From Gammaproteobacteria bacterium (lineage in GTDB: Bacteria > Pseudomonadota > Gammaproteobacteria > UBA4575), in NCBI GenBank assembly GCA_965222615.1, contig CBDCUI010000009.1, positions 992,001-1,056,000 on the forward strand: DNA of 64,000 bases, given 5' to 3'. The notes under the pieces were generated by a model. That model was not told the DNA's origin and made no database searches. It worked only from the letters and a program-made list of their open reading frames with translations. This document shows positions 11,173 to 21,225 of this stretch, one piece after another. Position numbers and translations under genes: made by a program. Each line of letters opens with the position of its first letter. The stretch's first letter is position 1.

Positions 11173-12192
11173 TGTGTGATTCACAGACATGGTTTCAAAT
11201 TTCTGACTTGTAAATCTAGCTGGTAGTTAGCTTTTTGTATACGTTCTTTTTCAGGATGATAGTCTTTTAGGACTTCTTCTCTAAGAGGGGTTTTATCCAG
11301 TAAGTGGCAAACTTTCTCCATAAGGGTTTTGCCTTTTAAGGAGCCATGTGTACGTTGCCAATTATAGTAGTGTTGCCATTCTGGAAGAGTGAGTTGCAAC
11401 TCATCAAGATCAAGTTTTGCGGTTGCATAAAATTCTTCTTTATCAGTTCGTTGAGAGCGTTCAACTTTACCGTTAAGATGAGGGGAGCCAGGTTTATTGG
11501 GCCTGAATTTAATGCCGTGTTCCATCATTTTTTCTTGAACCTTTACAGCAAAAAACTCACGCCCTCGATCTGTTTGTATACGTTGAATAGGAAAAGGCAT
11601 CTCTTCAATCACTTGTTCTAGAAATTGCAATGTATTGGCTGCTGTACGTCTTGAGAAGGCCGCTAAAACCCTGTATCTAGAGCAATCATCAATCGCCGTG
11701 TATTGGTAAATACCATGTGTAATTTTACTGGTATCCATCTGTATGCGATCACCAGGTATCGGCCTTTGATATCGAATATAGCCCGCTTTCTTTCGATTAC
11801 GCTTAAGTGGCTTAACGTGATGCTTAGTCAGTATTTTGTGAATCGTTGCTAGTGATAAAGAGTAGTCATGCTCACGTAAAAGTTCGTTTTGAATACGTCT
11901 TGCACCGAGTTTACGCTGCTTTCTAAGGCTCAGTATCCAAGCTTCTTCTTGTTGACCAACTTTTGTATTAGGTGAGTGATGAGGCCGTCTACTGCAATCT
12001 CGTAAACCATTTAAGTCATCTTTCTCATAACGCTTCAACCATTTGCGTAAAGTGGGTCTTGAAATACCACAACGACGACAAACTAACCCTGCATTTTGGG
12101 TTTCCATATACAGGTCAACCCATACCAATCTTTGTTTTACTTGCTTGTTCATAGGCATCCATTTTAGTGAAAGGATGTCTGTGAATCACACA
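11173..12192 (-). mobile_element. IS481-family insertion sequence (element A)
   Basis: Perfect 18-bp terminal IRs TGTGTGATTCACAGACAT, TGT...ACA ends; no target duplication visible. Confidence 0.92.
11181..12158 (-). CDS. IS481-family transposase
   Basis: HTH (CGISRPTLRKW); rve DDE motifs QMD / TDRGREF / NGKVERSQR. Confidence 0.95.
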   Translation of the reverse strand: MPMNKQVKQRLVWVDLYMETQNAGLVCRRCGISRPTLRKWLKRYEKDDLNGLRDCSRRPHHSPNTKVGQQEEAWILSLRKQRKLGARRIQNELLREHDYSLSLATIHKILTKHHVKPLKRNRKKAGYIRYQRPIPGDRIQMDTSKITHGIYQYTAIDDCSRYRVLAAFSRRTAANTLQFLEQVIEEMPFPIQRIQTDRGREFFAVKVQEKMMEHGIKFRPNKPGSPHLNGKVERSQRTDKEEFYATAKLDLDELQLTLPEWQHYYNWQRTHGSLKGKTLMEKVCHLLDKTPLREEVLKDYHPEKERIQKANYQLDLQVRNLKPCL

Positions 12193-12258
12193 CCTGATGA
12201 ATTCCAATTAATGAACTGAACGTTCACTTCTTGCCGAGGTGTAGTAAATTATTTTACT

Positions 12259-12282
12259 AGATTGCTTCGCTATACTCGCAAT
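12259..12282. repeat. REP-like hairpin interrupted by IS481 element B (continues at 13364-13371)
   Basis: Removing the IS and one GCAAT copy restores AGATTGCTTCGCTATACTCGCAATGAC (reverse complement GTCATTGCGAG...GCGAAGCAATCT). Confidence 0.65.
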
Positions 12283-13363
12283 TGTATGTGTTATCTAATT
12301 CGTTGATAGATTTTGTAGCATGGAAGCGGGAGTTTTGCCATCAATACCTTGATGGGCTCTCGCTTCATTGTAATAAATTAAGTAGGCACTCAGTTCATCT
12401 GCAAAGTGTTTTTCTGAGGTAAAGTAAGTACCATCAATCAAATCTTCGTTCAAGGTTCTCCAAAAGCGTTCCACTTTGCCATTGGTTTGTGGACGATAAG
12501 GTCTTGTATAGCGATGTTTGATGCCCATCTCTAGTAACATGCGCTCAAAGGCATGTTTGGGTTTTTGTTTCGACTCTTTGACTCCGAACTCCGGTCCATT
12601 ATCTGTCAGGACTTCTGCAAACTGAATCCCATATTGACTCGATAAATAGTTGAAACAACGCAGCGTAGCAAACATCACCGTTAGACTTTGAATATCCTCG
12701 ACCACTTGCGCCCAGGCAATACGACTGTAGGCATCCACCACACACACTAAATAGCGACGCTTGGATTCATTGGCAATCATATCCTTACTCAAGTGATGAC
12801 AGTCTATATGGGCGAGCTCGCCTGCCTTTTCTCGAATAATGCGGCGTTTTTCTTCTTGCATAGCAGGCCTTAATCGGTTCACTCCATGACGTTTGAAGAT
12901 CTGATAGATACATGATGGCGAGGGCGTATTCTGACCTAATTTCGCTTGTAAGATAAGATGAATCTCATAGCGATTATTGCCTTGCGCACGCGCTTTGAGG
13001 ACTTGCGCTTCGATCTGCGGACAAGTGCGTCGAGTACGCCATTTCGGCCCACGTTTGGCGGGTAATAAAGAAACCACATTACCACTTTGACGATAGCGTG
13101 CGTAGTATTTTAAAAACGTTTGAGGACAAGTACCGTGGGCCGCATAGAAGTCTTTGACCCGGCGATACTGCGGGTGCTGCTTGGCTTTAACTTGTTCGTA
13201 TTCAGCTATTAGATATTGATATTTCTGAATGTAGTTCTTCTTTAACGTGCTATCTCGACTGTTGATTCGCATGATGGCTTCTCCTCCTGTTCCGAGTTGC
13301 TTAGACACTTATCTAAGATTATCGGATGAGTGATTTTCATCAACGATTTACGTAACCTATACA
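12283..13363 (-). mobile_element. IS481-family insertion sequence (element B) with 5-bp target duplication GCAAT
   Basis: Imperfect 26-bp IRs (20/26) starting TGTAT; GCAAT at 12278-12282 and 13364-13368. Confidence 0.92.
12295..13272 (-). CDS. IS481-family transposase
   Basis: HID / TDNGPEF / RPQTNGKVERFWRT DDE motifs; ATG 13272 has an AGGAGG RBS. Confidence 0.93.
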   Translation of the reverse strand: MRINSRDSTLKKNYIQKYQYLIAEYEQVKAKQHPQYRRVKDFYAAHGTCPQTFLKYYARYRQSGNVVSLLPAKRGPKWRTRRTCPQIEAQVLKARAQGNNRYEIHLILQAKLGQNTPSPSCIYQIFKRHGVNRLRPAMQEEKRRIIREKAGELAHIDCHHLSKDMIANESKRRYLVCVVDAYSRIAWAQVVEDIQSLTVMFATLRCFNYLSSQYGIQFAEVLTDNGPEFGVKESKQKPKHAFERMLLEMGIKHRYTRPYRPQTNGKVERFWRTLNEDLIDGTYFTSEKHFADELSAYLIYYNEARAHQGIDGKTPASMLQNLSTN

Positions 13364-13387
13364 GCAATGACAAAAAACTAGACTGCC

Positions 13388-14029
13388 CTAGTGACGCGTC
13401 TCATTTGAATCAACAATATCGCCCGCATCCGTAACGACCCCTAATTGAACTTTTGCATCATCCTCGGGGATGGGCAGATCCAATTCAGGATGAGTTTGAT
13501 CCAAATCTGCTAGCTCCGCCAAGCTGGGTAATTCATTCAATGATTTCAAATTAAAATAATCCAAAAATTGTTTCGTGCTGCCATAAAGTGCAGGACGACC
13601 TGGTACTTCCTTATGCCCGATTACGCGAACCCATTCACGTTCCAATAGGGTTTTAATGATATGGCTGCTCACACTTACTCCACGTACTTCTTCGATTTCA
13701 CCTCTAGTGATCGGTTGCCGATAAACAATTAATGACAATGTCTCTAACAAAGCACGTGAATAACGTGGTGGCTTTTCTTGCCACAAACGCGCCACCCAGG
13801 GTTGCACTTCTACTCGTGTTTGATAACGATAGCCACTTGCTACACGCTTGAGTTCTACACCTCTGCCTTCACACTCATCTTGTAGTTTTTTTATCGCCTT
13901 TTTAATTTGCTCACGCGTTGGCTTTTGATCATCAGACTCAAATAATTGCAATAAACGATCAATATTACATGCGGTATCGGCTGCCATTAAGGCAGCTTCG
14001 ATTATTTGTTTTACCTGATTATCTTTCAT
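13388..14029 (-). CDS. scpB: SMC-Scp complex subunit ScpB
   Basis: YSRALLETL...YRQPITRGEIEEVRGV, PGRPALY motifs. Confidence 0.96.
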   Translation of the reverse strand: MKDNQVKQIIEAALMAADTACNIDRLLQLFESDDQKPTREQIKKAIKKLQDECEGRGVELKRVASGYRYQTRVEVQPWVARLWQEKPPRYSRALLETLSLIVYRQPITRGEIEEVRGVSVSSHIIKTLLEREWVRVIGHKEVPGRPALYGSTKQFLDYFNLKSLNELPSLAELADLDQTHPELDLPIPEDDAKVQLGVVTDAGDIVDSNETRH

Positions 14030-14862
14030 AATTCATTATCTTCAATTGGGCCCTTAACGGCCGGTTTTACGTAAATTGGCGCAAAATCTTCAGACTGCAC
14101 CAGTTCGATCACTCGATCCTTGATGAGCTCTAGCAAAGCAAGAAAGGTAACAATGACACCACTGCGCCCCTCTTCGATTTCAAAAAATCGCTTAAATTCC
14201 ACAAAGTCTTCAACACTTAACATGCTCAAAATTTTTGACATGCGTTCTCTTACAGATAGTGGTTCGCGCTGAATATGATGACTAGCAAACATCTCTGCGC
14301 GCTGCATAACTTCACGAAACGCAAATATAATATCCTTTAAGTCCACACTAGGTTGCGGACGCTCTGATTCGTATTCTGATTGCAATACTGAGACCGTAAA
14401 GATATTTCGATACATACGTGGAAGCTCGTTAATATCTTCTGCAACTTTTTTAAACCTTTCATACTCTTGTAAACGTCGTATTAATTCCGCGCGTGGATCT
14501 TCATCTTCATCTTCTTCAACAGGTCGTGGCAACAACATACGCGATTTGATTTCAGCCAGCATCGCAGCCATCACTAAATACTCTGCGGCAAGCTCAAGTC
14601 GCATCTCTTTCATCAAGTCGATGTATTGCATGTATTGTTGTGTAATCTGGAAAATGGGCAAAGTCAAAATATCCAGATTCTGACGTTTAATTAAATACAA
14701 CAGTAAATCAAAAGGGCCTTCAAAGGCATCTAGAAAAATTTCCAGGGCATCAGGAGGAATATACAAATCTTCTGGAGGGACCGTCATCGGTTCCCCTTTC
14801 ACGACGGCAAAAGGTAACTCCGCTTGAAGATTTTCCTGAGATTTAGGGTCGCTATCGATCAC
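14026..14862 (-). CDS. scpA: Segregation/condensation protein ScpA
   Basis: FEGPFDLLLYLI, AAEYLVMAA..AEIKSRMLLP, VTFLALLEL. Confidence 0.96.
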   Translation of the reverse strand: MIDSDPKSQENLQAELPFAVVKGEPMTVPPEDLYIPPDALEIFLDAFEGPFDLLLYLIKRQNLDILTLPIFQITQQYMQYIDLMKEMRLELAAEYLVMAAMLAEIKSRMLLPRPVEEDEDEDPRAELIRRLQEYERFKKVAEDINELPRMYRNIFTVSVLQSEYESERPQPSVDLKDIIFAFREVMQRAEMFASHHIQREPLSVRERMSKILSMLSVEDFVEFKRFFEIEEGRSGVIVTFLALLELIKDRVIELVQSEDFAPIYVKPAVKGPIEDNEL

Positions 14863-14871
14863 ATAAATTCC

Positions 14872-16089
14872 TTACCAATATGATAACCCAATTGCCTGCC
14901 TAACATCATCTAAAGTATCACGGGCTACATCACGCGCCTCTTCACAACCCTCTTTAATGATGCCATAGACTGTAGATTCGTCGTCTGCATATTCGCTGGC
15001 ACGCTCTCGAATTGGTGCTAACTCATTCTCAATCGCATCAATTATCGGTTGTTTACAATCAATGCAACCAATACTCGCACTGCGGCAACCTTCCTCGACC
15101 CAAGTTTTCGTGTCATTGGAGGAATAGATTTCATGAAATTGCCATACTGGGCATTTATTTGGATCGCCTGGATCGGTACGTTTCACACGTGCAGGATCGG
15201 TTGGCATGGTTCGCAGTTTTTTCGCTACGCTCTCAGCATCTTCGCGTAATGAGATGGTATTGTGATAGGACTTAGACATCTTTTGCCCATCCAATCCTGG
15301 CATTTTTGATGCCTTGGTCAATAGCACACTTGGTTCTGGCAAGATGATTTTGCCTTCCCCTTCCAAGTAACCAAACAAACGTTCTTTATCTCCAATGGAG
15401 ATGTTTTGTTGCGATTCTAATAAGGCCCTTGCTACTTCTAGCGATTCAAGATCACCTTTTTCTTGATAGCGTTTGCGATGCTCACGGTAAAGTTTGGCAT
15501 TCTTTTTCCCCATTTTACTGATCGCCAATTTTGCTTTGTCTTCAAAGTCCGGTTCTTTGCCATATAGATGATTAAACCTACGCGCTATCTCCCGCGTTAA
15601 CTCAACATGTGCAATCTGATCTTCACCGACCGGAACGTTACCAGCCTTATAGACTAAAATATCAGCGCCTTGTAATAACGGATAACCTAAAAATCCATAT
15701 GTAGCGAGATCTTTTTCTTTTAATTTTTCTTGCTGGTCCTTATAAGTAGGTACACGCTCTAACCAACCTAATGGTGTAATCATCGATAATAATAAGTGCA
15801 GCTCTGCATGCTCAGGTATATGTGATTGAACAAATAAAGTGGCCGCACTTGGGCTGACCCCAGCTGCTAGCCAATCAATCGTCATGTCCATTACACTTTG
15901 GCTAATAATTTGAGTATTATCATACTCAGTAGTTAATGCGTGCCAGTCCGCAACAAAGAAAAAGCACTCATGCGTATGCTGTAACTCTAACCAGTTATGT
16001 AATACGCCATGTAAATGCCCGAGATGTAATTTACCTGTAGGCCGCATACCCGAAAGCACGCGGTTGTTTTGTGAAGGATTAAAACTCAT
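14872..16089 (-). CDS. trpS: Tryptophan--tRNA ligase
   Basis: SGMRPTGKLHLGH (HIGH), VPVGEDQ, KMSKS. Confidence 0.97.
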   Translation of the reverse strand: MSFNPSQNNRVLSGMRPTGKLHLGHLHGVLHNWLELQHTHECFFFVADWHALTTEYDNTQIISQSVMDMTIDWLAAGVSPSAATLFVQSHIPEHAELHLLLSMITPLGWLERVPTYKDQQEKLKEKDLATYGFLGYPLLQGADILVYKAGNVPVGEDQIAHVELTREIARRFNHLYGKEPDFEDKAKLAISKMGKKNAKLYREHRKRYQEKGDLESLEVARALLESQQNISIGDKERLFGYLEGEGKIILPEPSVLLTKASKMPGLDGQKMSKSYHNTISLREDAESVAKKLRTMPTDPARVKRTDPGDPNKCPVWQFHEIYSSNDTKTWVEEGCRSASIGCIDCKQPIIDAIENELAPIRERASEYADDESTVYGIIKEGCEEARDVARDTLDDVRQAIGLSYW

Positions 16090-16104
16090 CAGTTATAAAT
16101 CAAT

Positions 16105-16803
16105 CTATTCAGATTGTCCGAGTAGTTGATAAAAATAATGTAAAAACTCGCTGGTCTCCACATTAAATAACGACAAAATAAAAAATAAAATATATGAAAA
16201 AGGAATAAAAATTATTCTTCCTAAAAAACCGAATACGAGAAGTCCAATAATTATAATAAACCCATAAGGTTCAATTTTTTTCAACATCCTTGTGAAATTA
16301 TCCGGAGTTAATCCGGCTAGTACTCTGCCACCATCTAAAGGCGGAATAGGCAATAAATTTAAAATCATCAACATCAAATTAATTGCTAACCCCGCAATAC
16401 CCATATAAACGAAAAATTCGGCATGGTTATTTCCGCCATCAGCGCTGCCGATAAAACCTTTTACCACTAATGCCCAGAATATTGCCATAATCAGGTTAGA
16501 AGCAGGGCCAGCTGCGGCTACAATGGTCATATCACGCTTAGGGTTGCCAAGCCGACTTGAATTCACGGGCACGGGTTTTGCCCAGCCAAATAAAAAATTC
16601 CCTGGGAGCAACACCATGATTGCAGGGACCAATATCGTCCCAATCGGATCTATATGCTTAATTGGATTTAAGCTCAGCCGACCCAAGTTGGCAGCAGTTG
16701 GATCACCAAAATACCGTGCCACCCAACCATGAGCAACTTCATGCAAGGTGATGGCAAACAAGACTGGCAACGCCCATATGGCGATCGTTTGAATGACGTT
16801 CAT
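16105..16803 (-). CDS. Site-2 protease (M50) family protein
   Basis: HEVAH and NLLPIPPLDGG motifs. Confidence 0.93.
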   Translation of the reverse strand: MNVIQTIAIWALPVLFAITLHEVAHGWVARYFGDPTAANLGRLSLNPIKHIDPIGTILVPAIMVLLPGNFLFGWAKPVPVNSSRLGNPKRDMTIVAAAGPASNLIMAIFWALVVKGFIGSADGGNNHAEFFVYMGIAGLAINLMLMILNLLPIPPLDGGRVLAGLTPDNFTRMLKKIEPYGFIIIIGLLVFGFLGRIIFIPFSYILFFILSLFNVETSEFLHYFYQLLGQSE

Positions 16804-17459
16804 TGACTAGCTCTATTATACCCAGCGTTTGGATAGTCTTGCATTAACCAGCTCGCATCACCTTTGCCTTGACGCAATATAGTTGGATTGGAGTCCATTA
16901 AATCAATTACGGTTGTCGCTTGCACTCCACAAAAACCCCCATCAATGACTAAATCTACCTCGTGTTGCAAAATTTCACGCATCTCTATGGGGTCTGACAG
17001 GGGTTCTGAGGCTCCTGGTAAAATTAATGTACTGCTCATCATCGGTTGATTTAATTCTTCACACAACTGTAATGCGATAGGATGATCAGGAACACGTAAA
17101 CCGATGGTTTTACGTTTTGGTGTTTGTAGTCGACGCGGAACTTCATGGGTTGCCTTTAATAAAAATGTATAGGGCCCTGGGGTACATCGCTTCATAAGAC
17201 GATAACAACTGTTATCGACGATGGCATAATTAGATAACTCTGAAAGGTCTCTGCATACCAAAGTAAAATGGTGTTTCTCGTCAAGTTGACGAATTTTTCG
17301 TATTCTCTGCATCGCATTTTTGTCGCCAATATGACAACCTAACGCATAGCAAGAATCTGTTGGGTATACAATTAACCCACCTTGATCAATAATCTCCACA
17401 GCACGACGAATTAATCGCTTTTGTGGTGTCACTGGATGAATTACAAAGTATTGACTCAT
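16800..17459 (-). CDS. yciO: Sua5/YciO/YrdC-family protein
   Basis: YPTDSCYALGC, PGPYTFLL, KRKTIGLRVP. Confidence 0.88.
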   Translation of the reverse strand: MSQYFVIHPVTPQKRLIRRAVEIIDQGGLIVYPTDSCYALGCHIGDKNAMQRIRKIRQLDEKHHFTLVCRDLSELSNYAIVDNSCYRLMKRCTPGPYTFLLKATHEVPRRLQTPKRKTIGLRVPDHPIALQLCEELNQPMMSSTLILPGASEPLSDPIEMREILQHEVDLVIDGGFCGVQATTVIDLMDSNPTILRQGKGDASWLMQDYPNAGYNRASQ

Positions 17460-17488
17460 ATGATGATCACTTTATTTGAAAACTAGGT

Positions 17489-18103
17489 ATGAAATTACTA
17501 TTTGATTATTTATCGATTATTTTATTCTACATCGCTTATCAATTTTATGCGCATGTTCCTGAAAGTGCTGTTCTCATAATCAACTCATGGTTAGGCCTAG
17601 ACTTGGTGGCGGGAGATAAAAGCAGTGCAATTTATTTCGCAGTATTAGTCGGCATAATTGCGGCTGGCTTATTAACCCTAGTACATTGGATATTTAAAGG
17701 TACACCAACCAAGCTACATCTTTTCACATTATTTGCTTTTTTAATATTTGGCGGTATTACATTGTTTTTGCGTGACCCAGTTTTTATTAAATGGAAACCC
17801 ACTATTGTCAACATGATTTTTGCCTGTGTACTCCTATCTAGTATGTTTATCGGTGAAAAAACTTTAGTGGAACGTATGATGGGAAAAACGATACAAACAT
17901 CCAAGCAAGTTTGGCACCGCTTGACACTTAGCTGGGTAGCATTTTTTCTATTTATTGCAATTCTTAATATTATTATTGCCTATAAATTTAGTGAAACCGC
18001 CTGGGTAAACTTCAAACTATTTGGTATCCTTGGACTGACATTTTGCTTTTTGGTGATACAGGCATTTTACCTCTCAAAGCAATATCAAATAGATAAACAT
18101 TAA
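17489..18103 (+). CDS. yciB: Inner-membrane protein YciB (IspZ/IspA)
   Basis: FIKWKPTI and WVNFKLFG motifs. Confidence 0.92.
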   Translation: MKLLFDYLSIILFYIAYQFYAHVPESAVLIINSWLGLDLVAGDKSSAIYFAVLVGIIAAGLLTLVHWIFKGTPTKLHLFTLFAFLIFGGITLFLRDPVFIKWKPTIVNMIFACVLLSSMFIGEKTLVERMMGKTIQTSKQVWHRLTLSWVAFFLFIAILNIIIAYKFSETAWVNFKLFGILGLTFCFLVIQAFYLSKQYQIDKH

Positions 18104-18115
18104 TTACTAATCATC

Positions 18116-18415
18116 ATGCTATATGCAATTATCAGTCAAGATGTTGAGAATAGTCTCAACAAGCGTATGTCTGCTCGAGAACAGCACATTGCAAGACTAA
18201 ATGAACTTAAAGACCAAGGTCGCCTGGTGCTTGCCGGGCCTCATCCTGCCGTAGATAGCCCAGACCCAGGGGATGCAGGCTTTACCGGCAGCTTAATTAT
18301 TGCCGAATTTGATTCACTGAATTCCGCACAGGCTTGGGCTGACGCGGACCCGTATATCGCTGCTGGTGTTTACGAAAAAGTAATCGTGAAACCTTTCAAA
18401 CGTGTATTGCCCTAA
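18116..18415 (+). CDS. yciI: YciI family protein
   Basis: [23 protein letters not shown] motifs. Confidence 0.93.
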   Translation: MLYAIISQDVENSLNKRMSAREQHIARLNELKDQGRLVLAGPHPAVDSPDPGDAGFTGSLIIAEFDSLNSAQAWADADPYIAAGVYEKVIVKPFKRVLP

Positions 18416-18454
18416 TACACAAATACAAATACATCTATTTACTAAGGAAAAACT

Positions 18455-19339
18455 ATGTATAAGCTAAAACTTGCACTAATCGTGCTTACTATCTGCTGCT
18501 TAGGATTATTTTATGGCTGCAAAGGTGGTAGTGAATCGGAAACCACGACCACATCTGAGGAAGTAAAAGACGATAGTGGTGAGTATGCAAAAGTGAATGA
18601 TGTTGTCATTAGCAAAAATGACTTTGAACAGTTTTCCAAAGCCAAACGTGCTACTCAGCCCGAAGCAAACTTTAGTGACACAGAAATCTTAGATGAGCTA
18701 GTAGCCACTGAGTTATTGAGGCAAGAAGCAGTTAAACAAGGCATTGATAATCGACCAGAAATCATCGAACAAATTAAACGCCAAGAAAGCAACATCTTAA
18801 TCAATACTCTCATAACAGAAAAATTTGGAGACCTTAGTTTTTCTGAAGAAGAACTAAAGGCGGAATATGATCGCTTAATCAGCTTAAATGATACTAATGA
18901 ATACAAAGCTCGACATATTTTATTGCAAACTGAAGATGATGCTAAAGCAATCATTGAAGAATTAAAAGGCGGTGCTGACTTTATTGAACTCGCAAAACAG
19001 AAATCCCAAGGCCCATCGGCACCAAACGGTGGCGACCTAGGGTGGTTTAAATCAAATACTATGGTACCACCCTTTGCAGAAGCGGTTCAGACTATGGACA
19101 AAGGCGCATACTCTACGAGTCCGGTAAACACACGTTTTGGATGGCATGTTATTTTGTTGGAAGATAAACGTACATCCGAACAACCAGCTTTTGACGATGT
19201 CAAAGTGGAAATACAACGAGCGCTGACACGTAAAACTATTGAAGACTACGTAGATGAATTGCAAAGTAACGCATCTATTGTGCGTCCCGATAACATGGAA
19301 ACGATGGAAGAAAGTTCGAATGAAAAAAGTGAAGGCTGA
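18455..19339 (+). CDS. PpiC-type peptidyl-prolyl isomerase lipoprotein
   Basis: Lipobox; KARHIL, GGDLGWF, MVPPF, FGWHVI. Confidence 0.92.
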   Translation: MYKLKLALIVLTICCLGLFYGCKGGSESETTTTSEEVKDDSGEYAKVNDVVISKNDFEQFSKAKRATQPEANFSDTEILDELVATELLRQEAVKQGIDNRPEIIEQIKRQESNILINTLITEKFGDLSFSEEELKAEYDRLISLNDTNEYKARHILLQTEDDAKAIIEELKGGADFIELAKQKSQGPSAPNGGDLGWFKSNTMVPPFAEAVQTMDKGAYSTSPVNTRFGWHVILLEDKRTSEQPAFDDVKVEIQRALTRKTIEDYVDELQSNASIVRPDNMETMEESSNEKSEG

Positions 19340-19348
19340 TAAACGTCT

Positions 19349-19990
19349 TTAATCTCGAATCAGCTCCATGAACTCGGAACGTGACCGAGAGTCGTCTCTG
19401 AATGCACCCAGCATAGAGCTGGTGACAGTTTTACTATTTTGCTTTTGCACACCACGCATCACCATACAGAAATGACTGGCTTCTAGTACTACTGCTACTC
19501 CATGTGCATTTAAAACATCTAATAAACCGCTAGCAATCTGTGTAGTAAGCCTTTCTTGTACCTGTAACCTTCTTGCATAGACATCGACCACACGTGCAAT
19601 TTTACTTAACCCGATCACGCGACCTCTTGGCAAATAACCAACATGAGCACGCCCAAAAAAAGGCAGCATGTGATGTTCGCACAGAGAATAAAATTCTACA
19701 TCTCTAACGATGACCATTTCCTCACACTGCTCTTCAAATAATGCATCGCGCACGACTTCTTCAACAGTTAAACTATATCCACTCGTTAAGAAATGCATCG
19801 CTTTGGATACCCGTTTTGGTGTATCCAGTAACCCTTCACGATCTGGATTTTCACCAATCAGTTCCAACATGCTTCGAATATGACTCTCGAGCTGCATGTC
19901 ACGATTACCATCACTAGAGAGTGTTGTATCTTCCAGATAGCGCCCTCCCGCCAGAATCTCAAATGCCTTTTTATTCATCTTTAATCCCAT
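19349..19990 (-). CDS. folE: GTP cyclohydrolase I
   Basis: [37 protein letters not shown]. Confidence 0.97.
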   Translation of the reverse strand: MGLKMNKKAFEILAGGRYLEDTTLSSDGNRDMQLESHIRSMLELIGENPDREGLLDTPKRVSKAMHFLTSGYSLTVEEVVRDALFEEQCEEMVIVRDVEFYSLCEHHMLPFFGRAHVGYLPRGRVIGLSKIARVVDVYARRLQVQERLTTQIASGLLDVLNAHGVAVVLEASHFCMVMRGVQKQNSKTVTSSMLGAFRDDSRSRSEFMELIRD

Positions 19991-20253
19991 ATGCAGCTTG
20001 ATGTATCGAATATATTTAGACCTAACATAATAGCAGTTAATCGCTTAACTGTTAAAACCAGTGCCTTATTGCCTCAACCTTAACCTAATGATGATTTTTT
20101 CTGCCCCCAACAAAGTAGGGCCAATGTGCACAGATAAACATGAGAAAACTTTCCTGGAATAATGGCAAATCAACTATCTAGAACACTAGTTGCAAATGCT
20201 GTCCAATTAAGAGCTTATGGTAATATAATCAGCATTTCGGAAAGAGGATGCCT

Positions 20254-20391
20254 ATGAGTAGTAATGTGATTCCAACTGACTCGGTATTACGTCGTCACTA
20301 TGAAGCGTCGCACGCCAAACAAGTAGCTAAAAATATTCAATCACAAGGTAAAGGTGGATTGCTAACCTGGTTAAAAAGAATTTTCAGCTAG
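20254..20391 (+). CDS. Unannotated 45-aa small protein with C-terminal amphipathic helix
   Basis: AGAGGA RBS 5 nt before ATG; MSSNVIPTDSVLRRHYEASHAKQVAKNIQSQGKGGLLTWLKRIFS. Confidence 0.65.
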   Translation: MSSNVIPTDSVLRRHYEASHAKQVAKNIQSQGKGGLLTWLKRIFS

Positions 20392-21201
20392 CTCAGTGCT
20401 TTTTTGGTCTACAGCATAACTTAGTAACGAATACGTAAATCGACCATCTCCAGTTATATACGTATCAGGCGTAGCGTCCCTTTGTGTCGTTTGAATGCGA
20501 ACACCATCTTTTAGAGGGGTCGTTGAATAGATATCTGCAAAATTAATTTTTGTCGTATTTCTCTTCGTCACGTAATAAAGGCTTCGATCAGTGACTACCA
20601 ACTGGCCCATTGCCTCGACCTCAACATCCAGTTGCTTATAGCGCGACCTATTAAATAGATTGTTTAATATCGAATGAAATATTGTCCATTGCTGATCTCT
20701 TTGTCGCTTTGCTTCCACTTTTAAAGTTTCTTCGAACACCCACATCAACGACTCATCATTTGCCATATCAATTTCTTTATATAATTCAGGAAAATTAGCA
20801 GAAATAGTTTGGTTTTGATCAAGACGCTCAAGATATTCGACATTGGCTAAGCGAGTAAATAAATGAGGCTCTACGTCTTTATCCTGAATTTCTAGAACGG
20901 TAGCCGTACTAAGTAAATTGCGTGCATGCGATGCGTTTAGCGATTTGCTTTGAATAATTTTTTTTGCTTGGTCTTGCCATTCTCGTTTTACCAAACTAGT
21001 AAATAAATTTTGCGAAAAAGCTGAAGCAGGTTTACATTCATTCACAGTAGCAACAAATTTACTACTATGCTCTGAAGACTCTACGCACTTTGAAAAAGCT
21101 TTATGAAGACTTTCACGTGTATCTTCATAAACTTGATAACAGGTTTTGTGTAATGAATAGAAAGGTCCGGCAGACTTGTTACAAACTATACATTTACCCA
21201 C
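20371..21201 (-). CDS. Hypothetical protein (N-terminal CxxC...HxxC, C-terminal PH-like segment)
   Basis: MGKCIVCNKSAG...HKTC; GQLVVTDRSLYY. Confidence 0.7.
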   Translation of the reverse strand: MGKCIVCNKSAGPFYSLHKTCYQVYEDTRESLHKAFSKCVESSEHSSKFVATVNECKPASAFSQNLFTSLVKREWQDQAKKIIQSKSLNASHARNLLSTATVLEIQDKDVEPHLFTRLANVEYLERLDQNQTISANFPELYKEIDMANDESLMWVFEETLKVEAKRQRDQQWTIFHSILNNLFNRSRYKQLDVEVEAMGQLVVTDRSLYYVTKRNTTKINFADIYSTTPLKDGVRIQTTQRDATPDTYITGDGRFTYSLLSYAVDQKSTELAENSF

Positions 21202-21225
21202 AAGTACTCAAAAGGTTAGATGAAA

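Noticed and set aside
11173-13363. Composite transposon formed by the two IS481 elements
   Set aside because: They have different IRs, only 90 bp lies between them, and element B has its own target duplication.
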